From: the human T2T-CHM13v2.0 reference genome, Homo sapiens
DNA length: 64,000 nucleotides
Assembly: GCF_009914755.1 (NCBI RefSeq)
Contig: NC_060927.1
Strand: one strand, 5' to 3'
Position 1 is the stretch's first letter. Each line of letters begins with the position of its first letter. A model generated the notes under the pieces. The model did not search any database. It was not told the DNA's origin and saw nothing but the letters and a program-made list of their open reading frames with translations. The position numbers and the translations under genes were made by a program. This document shows, piece after piece, positions 34,297 to 49,852 of the stretch.

Positions 34297-34340
<44 letters not shown>
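34297..34340. repeat. (CA)n microsatellite
   Basis: About 22 uninterrupted CA units. Confidence 0.97.
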
Positions 34341-34343
<3 letters not shown>

Positions 34344-34839
34344 ACGGTGTTGTCAGTGAAGCCTCTAACATTGCATCTTGACTGGACAGATTTGACAATT
34401 AAAATGGCTGGAAGAAAATAGGCTTCATAAGTGTCACTTACTATTCACATTACACATTAAAAGGACATCTCCTAAATTAAATCTTGTCTATGACAAAAAG
34501 GCAGAAAATCATGACCCAAGGCTCATTTATAACTGCAGAAATGTTCAAGATAGACCAATGCTTGCTATGTTTAGGAAGTGACAAGAAAGTACAGGTCTTT
34601 ATAATCTACCATTTTGCCCCTTTTGATACCAGGTGACCTTCATAATGCAGGCTATAGAGAATTACAAGATTTGTCAGAGATTTCAGGTCTTTGGAAAGCT
34701 ATGCTCTTTCACAAGAACAGCCATGGAAACAGGAAGAAAGTCAATTCCCACTTAAGGTAATCAGAATTTACAAATATTCCTTTCTTCATTGAAATCTCAA
34801 TAGGCACTTCGATATTATATTTAATTAATTCTTTTGTTA

Positions 34840-35214
34840 CAATCATGCATCACATAACAACATTTTGGTCAAGGATAGTGCACTTGTATGACAGTGGTGC
34901 AATAAAATCATAACACTGTATTTGTACTGTACCTCTTGTATGTTTAGACATGTATAGATACACTTACTGTATAGATATAAGTAAATATAGATATACTTGA
35001 CTGTTGTGTTACAATTGCCTACAGTATTCAGTACAGTAATATGCTGCACAGGTTTGTAGCCTAGGAGGAATAGGCTATACCACCTAACCTAGGTATGTAA
35101 TCAGCTATAGCATCTAGGTTTGTGTAAGTAAACTCTGTGATGTTCATACAATAATAAAATTGTCCAGCAATGCATTTCTCAGACACACCCCTGTCATTAA
35201 GTGACACATGACTG
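34840..35214 (+). mobile_element. Tigger3a/MER7-type DNA transposon
   Basis: TIRs caatcatgcatcac.../...gacacatgactg flanked by TA dinucleotides. Confidence 0.8.
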
Positions 35215-37132
35215 TATTAGTTAACACTATGGGAACTTCATGGGAAATGGACACTCTAGCTCCACCATAAATAGAAACTGTTTATGTCAAAAAACACATA
35301 AAAGCATAGTTGCAAGATTACATTTCCTTCCAGATATTTCATTTAGTATCTCCACAGATCATTAACTTCCTGAATAGCATTCTTGTGTCTCCACTGCCTC
35401 ACATTTGATTTCAGGTCATTCCATCAATTGTCAAAGATGCATCCAACATTAACTTTCCAACTACTGGTTTGGATTGTGTCAACATTGTCATTCTGGGCCA
35501 CAACAACACAAAAGGCTAACTCAGTGAGGTAACATAGACACTGATCAGTGAGATTTTGCTGATGGGTGGTACCATTTTTTACCAAGATCAAGGGTATTCA
35601 TACCTTCAGGCATCTAGATAACATTGAAAAGGGCAGGTTCATAGATAAAAAGGGAAAGAGGAAGGGTTTTTGCAGTATATATGAGCTACCATGTCTCCTG
35701 TTTAACCTGAGTCTGAAGAGATTCAAAGTGCAGGTGCCATGAATGCCTCTTTAATAGCTCCATGTCGATTGATTTTCTGGGCTACACTTCACAGCATTCA
35801 AATTGCTAAATGCATATAAACTACTAGTGGATATTTATTACCTGGATTTGTGCTTCTGAGTGACCTTATCTATAGTTATGTGCTTCAGTGATCCAACTTG
35901 GGGTGCACTCCAAACTTTGATAAATTAAAGACCCTGCATATTCCTTGAGTAATGCTACACTGACAACTGATTTAGTGAATGCCACTGTGAAAATAATAAA
36001 CCTCTTGGTGAATATATTTAGACATGTCTTGGAACCTGTACACATCTTAACCAGGGATGTTACTTGGTCTTTTTATGTTCAGGAGTGTCTGGAGATAGAA
36101 AAACATACAGGATTGTAATTGTTGCCTGTGAGACTAACAGAAAATTCAAGCTAGTGAAGTATGCTTATGCATGGCACACTTCTCACCAGCAATTTTAGGA
36201 AGTTCTACCCACAACCCATATGTCTTTTGATATGTGGGTTACCTTGGAGAGAGAAAAAGAAACTCTGAACACAAGCATGAAATACTTTTGAATTTTATCT
36301 AGAGTTGGACTTGTCCAAAAGCTTTTGTATAAACTTGCTTGATGAGGAACTGTTGTCCACTGGTACCTTCACCGTACAATCCACACACAACCAAACTTCA
36401 CAACTGGACACCTAAATTTGCACTTTGTTTGGTAAAGTTGAATGAAAAATGTTGTCTTTTAAGCTTATGTTCTCTTATGAAAGCTGTTATTAGATTAATT
36501 TTACTCCAAGATATGCCAGTTAGGAAATAACTTCCCATTTAATTTCACCAGCTCCCTGTGGGTGGACTAATTACTCATACATCACACTTACTCTGGTGGT
36601 GAAATGCCTCAAAAGAAGGTCTCCAGAGTGTTGCTTTACCTAGAAGGACAAGAATGAAGAGACATAAAAATCATTCATTAAGAAGGAAGAAGATTTTCCT
36701 TGCCTAGATTTTCACTTGTAGGATCCAATTAATTTTATCACTTAATATTTTGTCCTGGTGGGCATTCACTTTACAAATTTGTAAGGTCAGTAGAAATGGA
36801 AACTTTTGGAAATCAAACTGTAAATGTTCTGTAGACGTTGACAGAAATAGCTATTTGGAGCTGCGCTTTTGCCAACTAGACACTCTGAGAAAATCTGTGA
36901 GAGGATATTTTCAGGAAGTCATTGAACCCCCTAAAAATCAAGTTTATTGCTTTTACCATAAATATAAATAATTTATTTACTATCAACCACTTTCAATATT
37001 CGAATAAGTAACTTTATTGTTTATTTCATTGACATGATCTACATAGACATGCAATTTATCTTCTTTTGCGATACATTCAGAAAATTTGCTGCCTGAAAAA
37101 GCCATGTTTTGAAATTACCACCTGTTTGATGA

Positions 37133-37380
37133 TTTTTTTTTTATACTTTAAGTTTTAGGGCACATGTGCACAACGTGCAGTTTAGTTACATATGTATACA
37201 TGTGCCATGTTGGTGTGCTGCACCCATTAACTCGTCATTTAGTATTAGGTATATCTCCTAATGCTATCCCTACCCCCACCCCCCACCCCAAAACAGGCCC
37301 TGGTGTGTGATGTTCCCCTTCCTGTGTGCATGTGTTCTCATTGTTCAATTCCCACCTATGAGTGAGAACTTGCAGTGTTT
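37133..37380 (-). mobile_element. Short 5'-truncated L1PA 3' end
   Basis: Poly(T) followed by atactttaagttttagggcacatgtgcacaacgtgcag... Confidence 0.92.
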
Positions 37381-40300
37381 CATTTCCACTTAAGTATCTA
37401 TCTCTATTTGTCCTTTATTTTCACTTCCATCCTAGCTCTATCCCTTGTCTCCTTCGTGTGTCTCAGTATAAGTGCCCTATAACATTTTATACTTCTGGAA
37501 ACCCTTCAATATAATGTTATTACATGTAAAAATAAAAAGTCTGTTTTAGCGAACTCTTTCTTCACAAATTATCTTTTCCTAGTTCCCTATTAGACAATTT
37601 TTGTAGGCTCCATATGCTATTAATTTATATTCACTTTTAGAAGAATTTTCATCAAAAGCAAAAGTCTTATGTAAATTGTTTATATGCTATTTGTACTTCT
37701 GTGTATATATACACGCATAGCCACATACATATATGTAACTCCAGAGGCCTGCCTGGACTGTTAAATAACTGTATTGAACAAGAGCAAGAAAAAGCTGTTC
37801 AAATTTCAAACAACAAGTTGAACTGAAGAGCTCACATCTTTGAATGAAATAGACACTAGTAGCCTTTAAAAATTAAACATTTCTACTGTTTTAAAAAATT
37901 ATAGGCATCATAGTATGAGGAAAAAATGTAATAATCCTTTTTAATTCTTGCCATTTTATTAACCACGGACTCCTTATGCCCTGACTTCATTGGTACCCCT
38001 TTGAGATTAAACAGAACAATTAATTTAAAATTCTGATAAATAAATAAATTACACCATTTACTTGAGGTACTCTTTCACCTTTCAAGAAATATTTTGAGAA
38101 TTCATTAGCTAAATATTGCTATAATGCAGGCTAGTAATAAATAGAAATAATGATTTCATTGTAAAGTTTAAACTAATGATGGTATGATCTGGAATTTTTG
38201 TTAACCTAGAAGACATAATTAGCTCTACAGGTGAAATGAAAGACAAAATCACTTCACATATTAGTAAAAAACAAATAATATAACTTTATAAGCTACTGCT
38301 GTTCTTTTGCTGTTAAGAACCAATGACATCTGTAATTAGGGAAGATTATGGAAAGGTTAAAGGTGAGAATACATGCAGTCTATATACAGGAAACCCAAAC
38401 TGTTTAGGTTAAGGAAATGTCTGCAAAAGTCATATTAATTAGCAGGTTCACAGGAAACTAACATTTATTGTATAAATTCCATGGTCAAATGTATTAGGGC
38501 TCCACGCACACAACTGTGCACCATCTATGTTACCACACAGTGCTTACTTCTTTCAGTCTTTATTCATTTCTCTCCTAATGGTCTGTATGGTATTATTACA
38601 TAGTTCTAAAAACCTTCCATGAGGCAGAAATTTCATTTAATGATACAGCTTCAAAAATAATGAAAACCAGTAGAAACTTTCTATTTTTTTATGAAGCAGA
38701 ATTATTGAATTTTCAGTTTCATTTATTTAATGTTACAAGAGGACAAACATATTTCTTTAATTCCTTCTTGTTATTTTTGTCTAACATCAACCAAAGCCAT
38801 TTCTTTCATTTGAAGGTGAAAACTGCTCATCAAAATCCAGTTTAAGCTGAGAAACAAAGAACTAAATTTTGCATGAGACATTATACACTGCATAAATATA
38901 AAACAGGACCAGAAACAATGGTAGATTAGCAATTTTTAAAAAGACAAAAGCAGGTTATCATCAAATCAATTGTTACCAACACACCAATGCCACCTCTAGG
39001 CCAGAAAATTAGCCACTTACCCACGGGAAAACAATGATTGAAGACAAAGTTCACCAGTGAAAGTTGGTTATTTTTTTCCATCCTTGCATCAACTAAAATG
39101 ATATCTACAGTTCCTCTTAACACTTTTCTTACTTTCAAATATGTGGGTATGCTTCATTAGCTGAGGCCATGTTCCATATGTACATCTGGCTACAAGGGAA
39201 ACTGGGAATGTGAGCCCTGATCCTAATGTTTGTAGAGTATTTACAAGTTTGAGAATTCCCTCCAAATAAAGAGTTTTCTAAAACATTGTTAGACAAAAAG
39301 TTTGAATTACAAAATATGGTAGTAGCTCAGGTCTAAACCAAATGCAGGGAAAAAACTATTAACTCTAAAAAAATTAAATACACATTTGATGGTAATGAGA
39401 AACAGAAAACAGGCAGAAATAGTAGAATACTCCACTAATGATGAAGTATTTGACCATTGAATAAAGAAAATTGCAATGATTTAAATTTGCATCAAGGCAA
39501 CTTCACACTTGATGACGCTTCCCAGTCTGTGCAAAATTAGATGTCTACGAGTAAAGCGGTGAGTTTTACTAGCTTGAGGAATAAGAGCACAGAGTTCCAG
39601 GCTGACAGAAAAGAGGAACTGGGAAATTTGAATGACATGGGAGGACATCTCACACAACTGAAAGTCACAGAGGAGAATATCACAGAGTAAAAATCTAAAA
39701 TCAGCACTTCACCTTCATTCAAATATATGATGGCTGCTACATTTCACATTCATAAAAGGAGACTCCATAGAATCCAGCAGAAAACAACAGCTAAATTGCT
39801 AGTACAGAGCAGAGATTTCAACCATCGCATATAGCTCAGGAGTGAAAGTTTGGTGTTTGACTACGGAAAGAAGACTAATGTTAGAAAAGAGTCATTCTTC
39901 AAAGGAAAATAAACGAACCTATCTCTACAAAATATCATACACATAATCTAACATATAATTTAATCTGCCTAGACATAGAACCAGGAAAATATGACACATA
40001 ACAAAAAAAGTAAACAATGGATTAAGACATTGAAATGGCCCACACGCTGGAATTAGAATATAAGAAATTTAAAATAAGCTATTATAAGCATATTCAAGGA
40101 TTTAAGGAATAGATGGTCATAAGAGGGAATATATGGAGAATCTCAACAGAGAAGTAAAAATGATAAAGAGATAATAGGACAAATTTTAGAACTGAGAGAC
40201 AGAGTATCTTATATAAAAATGTCATTTTATGTACATACCAGTAAATTAAAGATGGCACAAAAAATTATCAGTGCACTTAAAAACAGATCAAGAACAATTT

Positions 40301-41266
40301 CCCAATACAGTTAATACAAACGAAGAAAAATAATAAAAATAGGGCCAGTCTAGCACTAATATAATTGGAGTCCTAGAAAGAGTAGAGAAGTAAATGAGAC
40401 AGAAAAAGCTATTTGAAAAAGTAAAGACCAAAAGTTTTCCTAATTGTCAGCATATATCAACTTACAGGTTTAAGAAACTCAAAGAACAGAATAAAAATAA
40501 AGAGAACCAAATGTAGACATACCATAGTCAAACCACTGGGCAAAAAAAAAGAGTAAATCTTGAAAGTAGCTAAAGGGAGAGAGAAAATAATTTACATCCG
40601 TGGAAACAAATAGACAGATGACCTGTCATCAGAAATGACACTTTAAAAAGCAATGAAACTACATCTTCAAAAGAAAACTGTCAACTCCAAATTCTATAAC
40701 TAGATAAAGTAATTCTTGAGAAAAGAAAGATTTATTCAGATAAAAGAAAGCTTCAAACAATTGTCATTAGCAGACCAAGATACAAGAAATGCAAACGGAA
40801 ATTTTTTAGGCTAAAGAAAGATAACAACAGACGGAAATTCTGACCTACAGGAAGCAAGGAGAAGCTCTAGGAATGGCATGTGCATAAACGTGAAAAACTA
40901 AGGCTTTTTTTTTTTAGTTTTATAACAAACAACTGATGCTTTGAATAAAAAATTAAGTGTACTATTGATAATGTGTGTAAAATATTCTAAATTAATAGCT
41001 CTGACAGGAGACTAAACGCAACAATTTTGCCGCAACTTTTCCTTATGTTACATGAAAACGCTGACTATTAACACTAAGTGGACTGCGATAAGCCCAGGAT
41101 GTTTATTATAATCCCGAGAGAACCACCACATTATATGAAGATATTCTTCTAAAATGCCAATAAAGGAATTAAAATGGAATGCTGAATATTGTTCAGTTAA
41201 TATAAAAAGGCATGAAAGAAAGAGGAGCAAAAAATGATGGAGGAAATAGAACATAAGAGCAAAATA

Positions 41267-41566
41267 GGCTGGGCGCAGTGGCTCAGCCTGTAATCCCAGC
41301 ACTTTGGGAGGCCGAGGCGGGTGGATCACGAGGTCAGGAGATCGAGACCATCCTGGCTAACACGGTGAAACTCCGTCTCTACTAAAAATACAAAAATTAG
41401 CCGGGCATGGCGGCGGGCACCTGTAGTACTAGCTACTCCGGATGCTGAGGCAGGAAAATGGCGTGAACCCAGGAGGCAGAGCTTGCAGTGAGCCGAGATC
41501 CCGCCACTGCACTCCAGCCTGGGTGACAGGGCCAGACTCCGTCTCAAAAAAAAAAAAAAAAAAAAA
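41267..41566 (+). mobile_element. AluY
   Basis: gagatcgagaccatcctggctaacacggtgaaa; atggcgtgaaccc; poly(A) tail. Confidence 0.93.
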
Positions 41567-42919
41567 TAGTAGGCTTAAATCCAACCTTTTCAGTAATTAT
41601 TTCAAATGTAATTTAAATACTCCAAATAAAACACAGATTGTCAAACTGGATAATAAAAGTACCTATAAGAGATGCATGCCAAATATTATGGTATAGATAA
41701 GTTGAGAGTAAAATAATTTCCAAGTATACCAAGGAAACAACAAGGACAAGAAATCTTATGTGGCTATATTAATATAAGAAAAAGTAGACCTCCAAACGAG
41801 CAATATTACAACAGACAGCTATTTCATAATGACAAAATGTCAAGTAATTATGAAGACATAATGCTGTATTGCTGACAGAATAACTAAAGAAAATTAAGAT
41901 AAAATAATTTTGACAACAGCTTGACCTAATCGATATTGACCAAGACAATAGAATATATGTTCTATTATGCTACACATGAAACATTTATCAATAGGCTATA
42001 GACCACAAAATATCTCTCAAGAAGTTTCAAAACACTGTAATCATGGAAAGTATGCTTTCTGACCATAATGAAAATGAGTTGAAATGGGTAAAAACAAGCT
42101 ACCCAGGAAAGTCTACACTATTGGAAGATTTAAATACACCTTAAAATGCCCTTTAGCTCAATGAAGAAATCATAAGAAACACCTTTAAATACATTGAACT
42201 GAATACAAATAAAAATATACTATAGCAAAATGTATGGGATAAAGTTAAGCAGACCCAGAGTAAATTTTTTGTATAAATGCTTATTCTAGAAAAGAGAAGT
42301 TCAAAACAAGTGAACTAATTTCTACCTTAAAAAGAAAATCTAAAACAAGAGAGCAAATTAAGTCCAAAACAAGTAGAGGAAAGGAAATAAAACAGAAATT
42401 AGAAATCAATGAGACAGAAAACAGAAACAGGAGAAAATCAACATGGCCAAAAGTTAGTTCTGTGAGAAAGAAAGAAAACGCAAATTATACATATCAGGGA
42501 TTAATGAGATTGTACAGTTGTAGACACAAGAGACATTAACAAGATAATGGAATATTGTGAAACATTATATACAAATTTTCATTACTTGGATGAAAGGGTG
42601 ACTTCCTTGAAAAAAACTTATAAAAAATTTCACAAGATTTAATGGAACATAGGAAGTAATTGACATTTATTAAAGTAATTAAATTAATTGTAAAATACCT
42701 GCACATAAAAACATAAAATTAAATAAATAAAAAAATAAGCAAACCCCAGATCTAAAGAATTTCACTGGTGAATTCTTTCAAACGTTTAAAAAAAATAAAA
42801 TTTTTAAATTATTTCAGAAATAAAGAAGGGGGAAATTCCAAACTTGTTTTATGAGTCAGAATCCTGATACCAAAATTACAAAACCTAGGAATGCAATATT
42901 GACTTCAACTTAAAGAGCT

Positions 42920-43535
42920 ATCACCATTCTAATCTGTGATTCTAATGAATTTGGCTATCTTAGATACTTTATACAAGTGGAATCATACAGTTTGTCCTTC
43001 TGTGACTGATTTACTTTACTTAGCATTAATGTCCTCTAGGTTCATCCATGTTGCATATTGACGGGCTTTCCTGTTTTAAAGCTGAATAATATTCCGTTGT
43101 ATGAATATACCACATTTTCTTTATCTTTTCATCTGCCAATAGACATTAACCTTATTCCCACATTTTAATTAGTGTAAATAATGCTGCAATGAGCCTGAGA
43201 ATCATCCCAATCTCCATTCTTTCAGATAAATAACCTGAAGTGAGACTACTAGATCATATGCTAGTTCTACTTTCTTAATTTATTTGAGGAACCACCGTAC
43301 TGTTTTCCATAGAGGATGCACAGTTTTACTTTCCCAGAAACACTGTAGAAGTGTTCCAATTTCTCCCCATTGTTAACACTCGTTATCTTTTTCTTTTAAT
43401 AAGACCATTCTAAAGGGCTTGAGGCAATATCTCTTTGTGGTTTTGATTTGCATTTCCCTGATTAGTGATGCTGAGCATTTTTTTCATGTATCTGTTGGTC
43501 ATGTGGATATTTTCTTTGGAGAAATATCTATTGCT
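42920..43535 (-). mobile_element. L1MB-like 3' fragment inserted antisense
   Basis: atacaagtggaatcatacag...ggttcatccatgttg...ttttgatttgcatttccctgattagtgatg. Confidence 0.7.
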
Positions 43536-45947
43536 GATTTAAAAAAAAAAAACTCTCATCAAGCTAGATAAAGAAATTTTCTCGAAGTGATGGAAAGCAT
43601 CCACAACAAAACATATAAACAATACTATATTTAATGGTGAAAGCGTAAATGTTTAAACCACATAGATTAGGACAAGAAAGGGATGTGTGTGTTCATCACC
43701 TCTATTCAACATTGTACTGGTGATCCTAGATTTTGAGTATAAATATTTAGGGGACAACTATTGTCACTGAAGCCCCAAATCTTGGTCATCCTCAGAAAAA
43801 AAAAAAAGTTGATTAGGTTGTATATAATCTAATTTTACTTGCTAATTTAATTTCTCTAAAATTGCAGCTTGTATCAACTCTAGAATTTATTGGGCACCTC
43901 CTAGGACATAAACACTGGAATTTGGTGAGAGACGTCAAATAGGAAAGAACCTGGCTCTGACATAAATTCAACACACGGAGGGGGACACATGTTATGAGAC
44001 TGACCTGGCCTCTTCATCTCATAAAAGGGGTTCTTGTTGCTTGTAACACAGATTAAAACTATTTCAATTACATTCAAGATAAAAAGATTAGCAATGGTAT
44101 GTAAGATGAAAAAATCACCCTGCAGGAAGACGAAAGTCTCACAAAAGGATATTTAAGCTAGCCAACACTTTGAAATTCAGGCAGAGATCGTGATTTCTGG
44201 GTGAACTAAAGTAACAAGAACAAAGTAGAGGCTCCAATTCTAGGAAAAATGGGTCCTAATAAGGTTTACAATCCAGAAACTCAAGATATCCAGACAGAAG
44301 GATGCAGTCTCCGCTTTCAAGGCAGCAGCAGTACCTGGATTACTAAGCCAATCCCCAACACAATCATAAACACAAATTTGATTGAGGAAGAAGCTTGCCC
44401 ACCAGAAGATTTAGGTTATTACAAGGTAGAATGTGATAGAGAAAATGAGCATGGGACTGGAAAGAAAAGGAGGTAGCCCCATGATTACAACTGGAATATA
44501 TCTGTCAGCGATGGTGCGGAAATAAGACTGAAGAGAGAGAGATCCTTAAACTCCACGTGCCTTACATCAGGACTAATCCTGGACACAGGCTGGAAAGCAT
44601 AGCCTACAGGTGGTGAGGCAGGAGGAGTGGGCTCAGCTGTGAGAAGAAGGAAATATGGCTGAAAACTAGATAGGGGTCTTGAAATCACACCGAGGATTTG
44701 GGCCTTTGCTGCTGTCTGCCAGCAGCTGCCAGTAGTTCTCACACTTTGGCTGGCAACAAAATCACCTGGGGCAGTGGTGCGGAAGCGGGGGGAGTGTTGT
44801 AAAACCACAAGTGACCAGGCAAAAAACACCTGTATGTTTTCCAATTCAGTAAGTACAGAAATATTAATTGGAAAAAGGTGGAGGTCAGACATTGATAGTG
44901 CTGTGGACTGCTCCAGGGACGTAAGCATGATCTTTAGAGAGGTGACTCTAATCAATTGAGGGCAACCACTGGACAGAAAGAGGTCCAGACCAACCATACA
45001 CAGAGACATCATACAACTACACTTTAGCAACCTCTCCAAATAACATGTCTCTTAGTGAAACTTGGGAGGTTGAAAGTTAAAAACATAAAATCCAGTGGCA
45101 TTTATGTATCCTAGGCACTTACATTTGTCTGATTCTTCCAACTTACCTTTGCTTGGTTAGAGTTTTGGGTAGATAAGAGGTGGATTTACATGTGCTAGTG
45201 TGAGAACTTTGATACACTCATTTAGACATTGACCTACTATCTTGTTTGAAAGCTAAAACCCAAAGAAATTTGTCTTCTTACATAAAACAAATTCAGCCCT
45301 TGCCTTCCTTGTAGATTACATCTTCCACTAGCAGTAATAAAAAAGTAACAATATGCATAAGTCAAAGTATCTTCTTAGATCCTCTGTAGTGTTTTATTAT
45401 TTAGTTGTGTTAATTAAAGTAACTGTCTCAAAATTTCAAGGAATGCCTGAGAAGAAATTCATGTTCAAAGGCTGCCCTCTTGTGACAATGTGTTGTATGC
45501 TTTACTGTAAAAGTAACCTTATTTTACCTTATAACCTCTACAATCCAATTCATAACAGCATAAAAAGGAAACAAAACCTTACATAATTTTGAATTTTAAA
45601 AAGTACCTTGTTTATATGGCTCCTTTAGCTAATGAATAGTCAATTTGGTAAATATTCAAGTGAGTTGAAGGTTTGAATCTATCTCACTTAACTAGCTTGA
45701 TGAATGTATTTCTAAACCTATACAACCCACTCCTCTGCTTTTAAAAAATTAAAGTTAGCTGTAGATTGAGATGTCAGTGACACAGTTCATAGAACATAAC
45801 TTAGATTGTCATCTACATTACTGTAACTACAAATACCACCCTCAGATGGAAGAATAAGTTTTATCAGTGAACATCTCTAATTGAACTATAAATGGTGTAT
45901 GTCTTCTGGTTTTTACAAGCTCTTGGTCTAACACAGGGGATATATGA

Positions 45948-46281
<334 letters not shown>

Positions 46282-46899
46282 TAGCAGTGACTATAATGTT
46301 TTGTGATGTTAAACTTTGAGAGCTTTTTTTTTTCTTTCTTTTCCCAAGTGCCTTTCCCAGTTCCAGGAGCAGAGTTATTCTAAGCCCACTGATGTAAAGG
46401 AATAGAAAGAAAAGGTTTGTTGGAAAACCTAATAACCTGCTTTCTGTCTTTTGTTTTTTAAAAGCTTGAGCATTTGGGAGAATTTGGAAAGATTGTGGAG
46501 TAAGTGCAAAGAAGGAATTTGCTAACAAAAATCATATAGGGTAAAATGAGTTTTTTCCAGGTTAGAAAATATCCACTCCCCACCCTCCTACATTCCTTTC
46601 CCATGGTTAAGAAGAGGAAAAAACAAAGGCCTCTTGGTGAGCAGTGGTGACTTAGGCAGTTTCTTAGAAATATTCTAGAAGGCATAGTCATCTTTTAAAA
46701 AAAAAATAGCTACAAGGATATGTCTAAGCAGAAGGGTCCATGGGCCAAATTACGTGTAGATTTTTGCATTCCAAATATGGTAAAGAAGAAGCAGGAAGCT
46801 GGGGCTCCTTAACAGGTCACACAGAAATGGACAAGGAAGAGGCCAGCAGCAGCTTGTGGGGACAAGATGTCAAGCCCCAAATGTTAAACCCACCAACCA

Positions 46900-47327
46900 T
46901 CCTCCAAATTCTGGCTCTGTTTAACAAGGCTGTGGTCTGACACTACATGCCGCCTCAGTGACTAAAGCATAATTTCCCGTCTCCTGGGAGTGTTGACAGC
47001 TGACTCCTGGCAACAATACTCACAGCACAGTAAAGTTCCTTCATCCAAGTTCATGTCCCTTCTCAAGGCATCCCACATCCGAGAACTGCTTGGTACAGAA
47101 ATATAATGGCCTGGTTTTCTTGCTCCAATTCGAGGTCATTAGGTAAACTCACCAAGATCTTGTAGAGTGGACTGCGGCCATGATAGTGATTGCATTCCAG
47201 CCGACTTCCTGCTCCACCCAATCCTATTGCTTTCACTCTTCCACAGGTGTTGGGAATATCATTTCAACCTCCTTGCATGCAAATCTCCAACTCGGAGTCT
47301 GCTTCCTAGGACACCTGACTGGTGATA
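46900..47327 (+). mobile_element. LTR16-like ERVL LTR
   Basis: 3' end ttgcatgcaaatctccaactcggagtctgcttcctaggacacctgac. Confidence 0.6.
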
Positions 47328-48689
47328 TCTCTATCACTATCACAGTACTTAGAGGGGAGCATCTTAAAATGATTGAAGGCTAACTGCCCTAACAGCACAG
47401 GCAGATGATGGCTTAAAATAGAATTTAAGTGGATTTAAAAAAACATGAAAAAAGTTGACATTGCACGCTCATATGAGCTTATGGATCAAACTATGTGTAT
47501 GATTTCTAAGATCCCTCGTGCAGTATATATTTGCACTGTTTATAAATGACATCCCCTTGAATTGAATTCAGTGCAATTCAAAACAGTAATTTGTGGGAAA
47601 AATTAGATATGCAGATAGCCTGGACTCTAGAGAAGCACACATCATTTGGAGAATAATAGTGAACCGGCTAGTCTATGAGGGAAGAAAACAGAGTGAATAT
47701 AGACTATTAGTGAACAAGGATATTTTCCCATGTATATTCAAATTAAGGTGAACTTCTTTAGAGAATTGTGCCTTAGAAAGAAAAAGTATTTCCCTGTATT
47801 TGAGTCCTCACAAGTTTTCCTACGATGAGTGCTTTTGTGATTATTTTGAATAACAAAGTAATATTTAAAGAAACTCTCTTGCCCTGAATGTACTTTAATT
47901 TATGTCAATTGATGTTGCATATAGAGATCATCAGAGTCAAGCTACAAGAAAAAGAGGAACATAACTTAGCAAAGACTTAGAGGATTAGACGTAATAGTGT
48001 GAAATCAAAATTTCAAGTGAGGGAATAAATGCAGCTTTTAATGATTACTTAAATGAAGTTTAACTCTAGCAGGATCTACAAGAAATTGGCAACCTTTGGC
48101 TTCAGTAACAGAAACTCAGGATATATGCCCTTCAGTGAGTTTGCATTCTGCATCATATTGAGAGACACTCCTTTAAACAGCAATAAGAAACTTCCTGTGA
48201 CAACATAATAAATTCAAAAAGTTCTGTAACTCAGACAGTTTAGATAGAAGTGATAACTTTGGCCTATAAAGCCCTGTTCACCCTAAAGATGGATTAAACA
48301 ATGAAAAAGATATTGATATCAAAAGTTCAATCAGTAATTTGATTAAAGCATTTCATTAAATGTGATAATTTCTTAGTATATTATCTTACATATGCAATAT
48401 TCATGTGTAACAAATTATATACAAGTAAACATTTGACCATATTATCTGCAGCATAATTTACATATCAATTTACATATTCAGTTTTCCTCACATGAAAACT
48501 TGGATCTTCTCAATAAGAAAATTTGTGAAATCTTTAATTCCTCATCCCCAGGAATGTAAATAAATAAATATAAATACTGTAAGTCAGTGATTTTTTACTA
48601 GGAAGACAGTAAAAATACTTTACATGCCTTCTCATTGTAAACCTAAATAACAAACAGAGAAAGGCTCTCTAAAGGAAAAAGACACATCT

Positions 48690-49132
48690 TAGGGAGGAGG
48701 GCACTGCAATGGGAATATGCATGACAAAGCAAACTGTGTAGATTCAAATGGTAAAGGAAGACAAGGTCTTTAAAAGAAAAATGATCAACCTGGAAGTATG
48801 GGGGAGTAGAAAAAAATAAATAAGGGAAAATGAAGAGGCTTCTATAATTGTTTTGATATAGTTACCTTTGACTATAAAGATCAACAACAAGGTCAATATC
48901 AGTTGAAGTTTGGGCAGGCGGTTGCTGGATAGATGTCCTCACAGAAGTGTATTTTGTGTAAGGTCGCTATGGCCTTTGTGCAAGGTTGTGGTTTTTGTGG
49001 TATTTTGTAATAGTTTTTATCAGGCCTAGAAGCATGAGAACCCTCTCTTCAAGGCCTTCTCTGAATCTATTTGTTCAGGTTTCTTCTTCTCTTTTTAAAC
49101 ATTAGTGACAGTTTTGATTCTGATAACTTTCA
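48690..49132 (-). mobile_element. MER67-like ERV1 LTR
   Basis: Antisense start tgaaagttatcagaatcaaaactgtcactaatgtt; gcatgagaaccctctcttcaaggcc. Confidence 0.6.
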
Positions 49133-49392
49133 TATCATGATCCCTAATTTCAAAAAAAATTAAACGTGTAACTTATTTATGATGTATTTGATAGGCTTGG
49201 ATTTGTGAATCACCTCTACTATCTATAGTGGTAGATATATCTGAGCCTGCTTACACAGCACTTCCATCAGATTCTCTCTTCAGTGGAATTGGAAGAGGGG
49301 GTTTTGGAGAAGGGAATGAAGGAATTGTGCTGCATCAGAGGTCCCCACCTAACAGCACAGGGCCTTTTTCTGTGCTCTTGCCAGGCCGTTGT

Positions 49393-49438
49393 ATTGGCTG
49401 ATGCAAAAGTAATTTTGGTTTTGTCATTGAAAGTAATG
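49393..49438 (+). mobile_element. Partial MADE1 (mariner MITE)
   Basis: ttggctgatgcaaaagtaattttggttttgtcatt. Confidence 0.55.
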
Positions 49439-49852
49439 AGACCATCTGACTTACAATGTCTGTGCCATAACCAGCTCCTAATAGCCTCCGAGGACAGCTT
49501 TGCCCTGACATATACTGTCCTGGGACCACGTCTGCTTTGTAACTCCTGAGGTAGCTGCCACCATGACCAATGCCTTCTCATCTTTACTCTACATGCAGGT
49601 AACAGTTATAATTATATCTCTGTGTATTCACAGAACATTTAGTACATCTGGGACTTCTACAAAATTTCCCTAGCTGATTTTGGTGTTCTGGGGTACTGGC
49701 AGCTCTAGCCATGAAGGGATGATGCTTTATCAGCATTTCTGTTGAGTTTTTTGCTTTTTCTCAAAAACTGATTCCACTTTTCCCACATACGTTTGACAAT
49801 TCATTTGAACTCATTTATTCTAAACCCATTATTTCTGGTCTATTATTTAATA

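Larger units (their letters stand above)
39500..43730 (+). mobile_element. Ancient L1M element (5' region/ORF1/ORF2 remnants), interrupted by an AluY and an antisense L1MB piece
   Basis: A-rich L1-like text (ataattggagtcctagaa, tctgaccataatgaaaatgagtt, ttcactggtgaattct, tctattcaacattgtactgg); boundaries approximate. Confidence 0.65.

Noticed and set aside
34043-34381. 112-aa ORF ending in a TH repeat
   Set aside because: Non-ATG start, no recognisable homology, and it runs through a (CA)n microsatellite
35415-35528. Possible exon (tttcag...gag/gtaaca) in unique-looking sequence
   Set aside because: Splice-like motifs occur by chance; no recognisable coding homology, and transcript data would be needed
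44485-45039. 184-aa minus-strand ORF
   Set aside because: Non-ATG start, no recognisable domain, and it overlaps a MER5-like fragment near 44730-44820
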